Shown here piece by piece: positions 58,689 to 64,000 of a stretch of 64,000 bases of DNA. A program made the translations under genes and the position numbers. The notes under the pieces were generated by a model that was not told the origin of the DNA, did not search any database, and worked only from the letters and a program-made list of their open reading frames with translations. Every line of letters starts with the position of its first letter. Within the stretch, counting starts at the first letter, position 1. Source of the stretch: an uncultured Thermoplasmatales archaeon (GTDB taxonomy: Archaea; Thermoplasmatota; E2; DHVEG-1). The stretch lies in assembly GCA_964391965.1 (NCBI GenBank), contig CAYMOC010000002.1, positions 16,915 through 80,914 of the forward strand, given 5' to 3'.

Positions 58689-58919
58689 TTATTTTTCAAA
58701 AATTCTGAGCAGTTCTTTTCCTTTTTCGGTTAATGTGTATTTTTTACTCCTGTTTTGCTCGTCTTCTTCTTTAATGAGATTCATTTGTTTTAAGTCTTTA
58801 AGATGACCGTAAACTGTAGAGAGAGATAGATTTAAAGCAGATGCTATTTTGTAACCGTGTAAGGGTTTATTTTCAATTTGTTTTAGGATTTTTTTCTTGG
58901 TTCTGCCTAGAATGTCCAT
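58689..58919 (-). CDS. small winged-helix transcriptional regulator (PadR/ArsR-like)
   Basis: The HTH segment is HGYKIASALNLSLSTVYGHLKDL. Confidence 0.5.
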   Translation of the reverse strand: MDILGRTKKKILKQIENKPLHGYKIASALNLSLSTVYGHLKDLKQMNLIKEEDEQNRSKKYTLTEKGKELLRIFEK

Positions 58920-58974
58920 TTTATTTTTTACCTAATGCAGATTTACAGTCATAAAAAATATTGCAATTATATAC

Positions 58975-59026
58975 GTTATAACGGAAAAAACCGTTATATG
59001 TAACCTGTATAACTAAGTAGATATCA
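58975..59026. promoter_or_regulatory. candidate operator: inverted repeat TATAACGG-6-CCGTTATA plus extra TATAAC half-sites upstream of HTH regulator
   Basis: The arms lie at 58978-58985 and 58992-58999, 55-105 bp upstream of the regulator start. Confidence 0.3.
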
Positions 59027-59209
59027 GCATTTTGTTACAATAAAAATTTTTTTTATAGCAATATTAAATCACTAACTTTTGAGACCTCACAATGATTAAT
59101 AACAATCGTTAATATATAAAATTTTTTCTCATCCAAAAAACCTAAACAAAGATAAGAGTTTATATAAAAAATAAACATTCCATCAAAATTGAGGAGAAAC
59201 AAAAAAAAA

Positions 59210-60274
59210 ATGGATGCTCCATCAATAGATACACTGATATTTGCACCACTTGCACCAATACTCTGTGTTCTATTACTATGGTTCATACAACTACTATTCA
59301 TAGAAAGCGAAAAATATCTTCTCGAAAAAATAAGGCCATTACATGAAGCTTTATTTCGTTTTACAAACTTTTTAGGCATACTCTTTCAAAACATATGCCA
59401 TGCATTAGGATACACGGTTACAAAAAGTGGGGTATCTGATTTTCATATAACAATACATTACGGCAAAGTTAAACCTAAAAGAGAAAAAACCGGTATTTTC
59501 GAATGGATATCCAATGCCTTTCTATTTGTAGGGCCTTTTTTCATACCAGCCTTTTTACTATTAACATGTCTCTTTTTCTTGATTCAGAGAGGATACGGGT
59601 TTCAGATACCTTATAACTTAGAAGGACTTGAACATACTTTTGGCGGCCAGATAATAATAGTAGGAACCAGCCTTTACGAGTTCACAGCTAAATTTTTAGG
59701 GTTTTTAGTAAACATAGATCTATTACACCCCGCGCATTTTGGGTTTTTCTTATTTATGATCATATTAGGAATGGGCATAAGGCCAATATACATTGGTGAA
59801 AAAAAAACACAAAGAGTAGACATGTTTTATGATCTAAAAAACATCTGGAATCTAATAGTTGACCACCCTCGTTATCTACTCTATTTTTTTATTTTAGCTT
59901 ACTCGTTTTTTTATATATCATATTATTTCCAAAATAACTGGTATGTCTTCATATTCTCCATATTCGGATGGCTCTCAATAATATCAATTTTCTCAATCCT
60001 TATTTCAGATATGATACTACTTTTAGTGATGAAAACAGATGAAATAAAAGGTTTAAAAAAAGCTATACCTTTCATCATAATCCCAATAATTTACATTTTG
60101 ATGCGTATAATCTTTTATTATCACCCAACAGATTACAGTAACAGCGCATCCTTGTTGGTTACATTTCTAACTACTATTCTTGTTACATATTTGCTACTCA
60201 AAAAATCTACCAATAGTTTTAAATCTAAATTAGGATTTAAAATGTTTAAAAAGAAAAAAAAGGGAGAAAAATAA
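59210..60274 (+). CDS. hypothetical polytopic membrane protein
   Basis: It has about 8 predicted TM helices. I recognised no family. Confidence 0.35.
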   Translation: MDAPSIDTLIFAPLAPILCVLLLWFIQLLFIESEKYLLEKIRPLHEALFRFTNFLGILFQNICHALGYTVTKSGVSDFHITIHYGKVKPKREKTGIFEWISNAFLFVGPFFIPAFLLLTCLFFLIQRGYGFQIPYNLEGLEHTFGGQIIIVGTSLYEFTAKFLGFLVNIDLLHPAHFGFFLFMIILGMGIRPIYIGEKKTQRVDMFYDLKNIWNLIVDHPRYLLYFFILAYSFFYISYYFQNNWYVFIFSIFGWLSIISIFSILISDMILLLVMKTDEIKGLKKAIPFIIIPIIYILMRIIFYYHPTDYSNSASLLVTFLTTILVTYLLLKKSTNSFKSKLGFKMFKKKKKGEK

Positions 60275-60278
60275 GTTT

Positions 60279-61166
60279 ATGTCTGATGATGAAATTTTAA
60301 AAGGTGAAAAAATTGAAAAAGTGCTTTCACCACATCCTTTTTCATTTATGAATCTGCAATCATTATGTATATTCTTAATAATATGGGGTTTACTAAGTGC
60401 ATGGATAATTAATTTTTCTGAATGGAGTCCGGCTTTTGAGGGGAATTTCTGGCTTTCATTATTTTTATGGGGAATTGGGTTGTTATTAGCAGGAATTGTT
60501 GCATCACTATTAACAGTCAGATGGAGTATTTTCTTTTTATATCTAGGAGTTTTTGCAGGCGGAACAGGCCTTATTTTTCTACTTTCAATAGATGGAGCAA
60601 TAGGGTTATTTGCTCCAGCTTGGACCATTAGTATGTCCATTATCGGTTTTTTGCTTGTTGAATGGTATCGAAGATCACATAAATACATATTATCCAATAA
60701 GAGATTAAAATTCAAAGGAGGGGTATTTACAAAAGAAGAAAGAACCATCCGATATGATAAAATCTCTGACATTAATGCTAAACAAGGAATACTAGGTCAA
60801 ATTTTTGGTTTTGGAACAATCATACCAATAACGCAATCAGGTTTTGGACTTGGAAGCGATGAATCAATGGCCGGTGGAGGTGTTGCACTTGGCGGGAAAA
60901 AAGCAAAACTTTTTGGTTTCGCAGGAGGCGGGCGTGAAGTAAGCACACCACGAGCACGCAGCTATTATGAACTACATGGAGTATATCCTTATAAAGAAAT
61001 AAAAAAAATTGTTGAAAAAATGGTTCAGGAATCATCGATTACACCATATCAACAAGAACAAGTAGCTTTTCAAAAAGAACAAGTCGATATTCAAAAACAA
61101 ATGCGTGATTTACTTAAAATGCAGGATGCTAACAAAAACATTGAGGAAGAAGATAACGAAGAATAA
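60279..61166 (+). CDS. membrane protein with bacterial-type PH (bPH_2/YdbT-like) domain
   Basis: TM helices flank YILSNKRLKFKGG…RTIRYDKISDINAKQGILGQIFGFGTI. It has an acidic coiled-coil tail. Confidence 0.45.
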   Translation: MSDDEILKGEKIEKVLSPHPFSFMNLQSLCIFLIIWGLLSAWIINFSEWSPAFEGNFWLSLFLWGIGLLLAGIVASLLTVRWSIFFLYLGVFAGGTGLIFLLSIDGAIGLFAPAWTISMSIIGFLLVEWYRRSHKYILSNKRLKFKGGVFTKEERTIRYDKISDINAKQGILGQIFGFGTIIPITQSGFGLGSDESMAGGGVALGGKKAKLFGFAGGGREVSTPRARSYYELHGVYPYKEIKKIVEKMVQESSITPYQQEQVAFQKEQVDIQKQMRDLLKMQDANKNIEEEDNEE

Positions 61167-61176
61167 AAAGGAGCAG

Positions 61177-61680
61177 ATGAGTTTTTTGATCCCAAAAAAA
61201 TTATTTCTTACAAAAGGGAAAGGTTTTCATAAACATAAACTTCAATCTTTTGAACTTGCACTTCGTGATGCAGGAATAAGCAGATGTAATCTAGTAAAAG
61301 TATCCAGCATCATTCCTCCAAAATGTGAAATAATTAACAAAAAAAAAGGTGTTTCTTTTCTTAAACCTGGTGAAATAACATTTTGTGTGCTATCTGTTTG
61401 TGAAACAAATAATGCTAACGAAGAGATAGCAGCCGGTATCGGTTTAGCATACTCAGATAATCGAGAAATATTTGGATATGTAGCAGAAGGAATTAAAAAA
61501 GGGGAAGAAAGTGGAAAACTTACAGAGGATGTCGAGGAGACAGCTGAAAACATGTTAAAAACTGTTTTAATAGATACTCAATCGGATTGTGTTTTAAACA
61601 AAAAAAGTATAGTTCAGACATTTAAAGGAAAAGAAGATGTTTGGTCAACAGCCGTTGCTGCAGCTGTTTTTTTAATGTAA
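61177..61680 (+). CDS. pdaD: pyruvoyl-dependent arginine decarboxylase
   Basis: LALRDAGISRCNLVKVSSIIPP matches the PdaD self-cleavage region (…SS…). GGAG lies upstream of the ATG at 61177. Confidence 0.6.
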   Translation: MSFLIPKKLFLTKGKGFHKHKLQSFELALRDAGISRCNLVKVSSIIPPKCEIINKKKGVSFLKPGEITFCVLSVCETNNANEEIAAGIGLAYSDNREIFGYVAEGIKKGEESGKLTEDVEETAENMLKTVLIDTQSDCVLNKKSIVQTFKGKEDVWSTAVAAAVFLM

Positions 61681-61784
61681 AAAATTAAGTGATTTTATAT
61701 GTTTTTCAAAGTATTGATTTTATAGAAGAAGACTTTATATACAGGTTTCCTTTACCAGTGTTAAATTAAGGAGTGTATATTAGA

Positions 61785-64000
61785 ATGAAAGAAGAATTCA
61801 ATATTTGGTTTGAAGATCTTAAAATGGAGGATGTGCCATCTGTGGGTGGAAAAAATGCATCACTTGGAGAAATGATAAGATCTCTAAAAGAAAAAGGCGT
61901 TAACGTCCCATCAGGTTTCGCAGTTACAGCCTATGCATATAAATACACAATGGAAAAAGCAGGTACTGATAAAAAAATAAGAGAAATCTTATCAGATTTA
62001 GACACGCATGATGTAAAAAACCTTGCAGAACGCGGTAAAAAAATCCGTGAAATAATAAAAAACACACCACTTCCAAAAGAAATAGAAGAAGACATCCGTA
62101 AACACTACCGTGGAATGGAAGAACGATACGGTAAAAATTGTGATGTTGCAGTAAGAAGCAGTGCAACAGCAGAGGATCTTCCTGATGCAAGTTTCGCAGG
62201 TCAGCAAGAAACATATTTGAATGTTCAAGGCGAAGAAGAATTACTTGAAAAAGTACGTGAATGTTTCGCTTCACTTTTCACAAACCGTGCAATATCCTAT
62301 CGTGAAGACAAAGGATTTGATCACTTCGACGTGTACCTCTCTGTTGGAGTTCAGAAAATGGTAAGATCAGATCTAGCTAGTTCTGGTGTTATGTTTTCAA
62401 TTGATACAGAAAGTGGTTTTGAAGATGCAGTATATATAACTGGTGCATATGGACTTGGAGAAAACGTTGTACAAGGAGCAGTAAATCCTGATCAATTCTA
62501 TGTTTTCAAACCAACTCTTAAAAAAGGATTCAAACCAGTTGTAGAAAAAAAACTGGGAAGTAAAGAAAAACGTATGATTTACTCTGATAGAGGTGTAAAA
62601 AACGAATCAGTTTCAGAGGAAGATAAAAATAAATTTGTTATAGGTGATGACGAAGTCATACAGCTTGGTAAATGGGCAACAATTATTGAAGAACATTACA
62701 AAAAACCAATGGATATAGAATGGGCAAAAGACGGAAAAACCGGAGGACTTTTTATAGTACAAGCACGTCCAGAAACAGTTCATTCACAAAAAGATGTTAC
62801 AAAATTAGAAACATATGTACTTGAAGAAAAAGGAAACGTTCTCGCACAAGGAGAAGCAGTAGGAGCTAAAATCGGCCAAGGAGAAGTAAACGTTATAGAA
62901 TCAGCTGAAAACATTGACCAATTCAAGAAAGGGCAAGTTCTTGTAACAGATATGACAGATCCGGATTGGGAACCAATCATGAAAATCGCAGGAGCAATTG
63001 TTACAAACAGCGGCGGAAGAACATGTCATGCAGCAATAATATCTCGAGAATTAGGTATCCCTTGTGTAATAGGAACAGTTAATGGAACAGAAAAAATCAA
63101 AAATGGTGCAAAAGTCACAGTAGACTGTTCAGAAGGTGTAGGAAACATCTATGATGGTCTTTTAAAATTCAAAATAGAAGAAACCAAACTTGATAGCATA
63201 CCAGAAACAAAAACCAAAGTGATGATGAACGCAGCAATTCCTGAAAAAGCATTCCAACAAGGACAAATACCAAACGATGGAGTAGGACTAGCAAGAGAAG
63301 AATTCATAATAAACAGTCACATCGGAATTCACCCAAAAGCATTACTAGACTATGATGAACTAAAAAACAAAGCACAAAATGATGAAAAAATCGCTGAAGT
63401 AATAAAAAAGATCGATAAGATAAGCGCAGGTTACACAGACAAAAGAGAATTCTTTGTTGATACTCTTGCACGAGGAATCGCTAAAATCGCTGCAGCATTT
63501 TACCCCCGTGATGTAATTGTTCGTATGAGTGATTTTAAAACCAACGAATATGCAAATCTAATAGGCGGATATCTTTACGAACCAAAAGAACACAACCCAA
63601 TGATCGGATGGCGCGGGGCAAGCCGTTACTATGATAAAAACTACAAAGAAGCATATGGAATGGAATGCGAAGCCATTAAAAAAGTACGAGACGAAATGGG
63701 TCTAACCAATGTAAAACCAATGATACCATTCTGCAGAACCCCTGAAGAAGGACGTAAAGTAATAGAAACCATGGAAGAATTCGGCCTAAAACGCGGAGAA
63801 AATGACCTAGAAGTCTATGTGATGTGCGAGATACCAAGTAATGTAGTAGTTGCAGATCAATTCGCAGAAATATTTGACGGATTCAGCATAGGATCAAACG
63901 ATTTAACACAACTAACACTAGGACTTGACCGTGACAGCGATCTTGTAGCACATATATTCGATGAAAGACAAGAAGCAGTAAAAAGACTAGTAAAACAAGT
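61785..64000 (+). CDS. ppsA: phosphoenolpyruvate synthase, 3'-truncated at window edge
   Basis: VPSVGGKNASLGEM is the PEP-utilising N-terminal domain. The frame is open to the window end. It is missing from the ORF track because no stop codon falls in the window. Confidence 0.85.
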   Translation, partial: MKEEFNIWFEDLKMEDVPSVGGKNASLGEMIRSLKEKGVNVPSGFAVTAYAYKYTMEKAGTDKKIREILSDLDTHDVKNLAERGKKIREIIKNTPLPKEIEEDIRKHYRGMEERYGKNCDVAVRSSATAEDLPDASFAGQQETYLNVQGEEELLEKVRECFASLFTNRAISYREDKGFDHFDVYLSVGVQKMVRSDLASSGVMFSIDTESGFEDAVYITGAYGLGENVVQGAVNPDQFYVFKPTLKKGFKPVVEKKLGSKEKRMIYSDRGVKNESVSEEDKNKFVIGDDEVIQLGKWATIIEEHYKKPMDIEWAKDGKTGGLFIVQARPETVHSQKDVTKLETYVLEEKGNVLAQGEAVGAKIGQGEVNVIESAENIDQFKKGQVLVTDMTDPDWEPIMKIAGAIVTNSGGRTCHAAIISRELGIPCVIGTVNGTEKIKNGAKVTVDCSEGVGNIYDGLLKFKIEETKLDSIPETKTKVMMNAAIPEKAFQQGQIPNDGVGLAREEFIINSHIGIHPKALLDYDELKNKAQNDEKIAEVIKKIDKISAGYTDKREFFVDTLARGIAKIAAAFYPRDVIVRMSDFKTNEYANLIGGYLYEPKEHNPMIGWRGASRYYDKNYKEAYGMECEAIKKVRDEMGLTNVKPMIPFCRTPEEGRKVIETMEEFGLKRGENDLEVYVMCEIPSNVVVADQFAEIFDGFSIGSNDLTQLTLGLDRDSDLVAHIFDERQEAVKRLVKQ

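Noticed and set aside
58591-58806. 71-aa ORF spanning the direct-repeat intergenic region and antisense to the HTH gene
   Set aside because: It is more likely non-coding repeat and terminator sequence. The translation is low complexity.
59053-59379. 108-aa minus-strand ORF across the HTH/membrane-protein divergent promoter
   Set aside because: It overlaps the candidate operator and the 5' end of the membrane-protein gene, with no support.
61105-61176. Extended N-terminus of pdaD (ORF-track start 61105) overlapping the upstream gene
   Set aside because: The internal ATG at 61177 has a GGAG ribosome-binding site and matches the PdaD N-terminus. The extension is likely not translated.
60230-62980. 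Antisense ORFs within the bPH, pdaD and ppsA genes
   Set aside because: They are nested antisense to well-supported genes.
1-64000. CRISPR arrays, tRNA or rRNA genes
   Set aside because: I scanned intergenic regions for GC-rich about 75-nt segments and spaced direct repeats. I found none beyond the two-copy repeat at 58592-58651.

Overview
This is an AT-rich (about 30-35% GC) 64-kb window that I read as archaeal. It carries an STT3/AglB oligosaccharyltransferase with a WWDYG motif, three PGF-CTERM surface proteins, GGGP synthase, UbiX, three geranylgeranyl-reductase homologues, archaeal Pth2, NucS/EndoMS, a pyruvoyl-dependent arginine decarboxylase, split GMP synthase subunits A and B, and a 3'-truncated PEP synthase. 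The proteome is Lys-rich and some genes appear to use GTG/TTG starts. Beyond those genes the window also holds housekeeping and cell-surface genes: M32 and M18 peptidases, an ABC-2 exporter, PurE, GuaA-A/B, PyrC, Prs, NAD kinase, a secreted C1 cysteine protease and a 1.2-kDa-class S8 subtilase. The stand-out region is a roughly 18-kb accessory cluster at about 7.8-25.7 kb. It combines four radical-SAM proteins with N-terminal cobalamin-binding-like domains, three PaaK/coenzyme-F390-synthetase-like adenylating enzymes (one with a degenerate P-loop), a UbiA-family prenyltransferase translationally coupled to a ketopantoate-reductase-like gene, two SAM-fold enzymes (one with a nicotianamine-synthase-like glycine loop), a CrtC/AttH-like protein, a short GGR-like flavoprotein and a PAPS-type sulfotransferase. 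I could not map this combination to any described pathway. I propose it is an undescribed biosynthetic or tailoring system, possibly for a prenylated, methylated or sulfated isoprenoid or ether-lipid derivative or small metabolite. Other points of interest are a DUF368 membrane protein 2 kb from AglB, an unusually long AglB (1645 aa) with tandem C-terminal beta-domain repeats, a domain-shuffled tandem array of PGF-CTERM paralogues, a ferredoxin-GGR gene pair, a GC-elevated acidic lipoprotein gene, a duplicated promoter/5' gene segment containing the palindrome TGTTAACA, and candidate operator repeats around a small HTH regulator. I found no rRNA, tRNA or CRISPR array.
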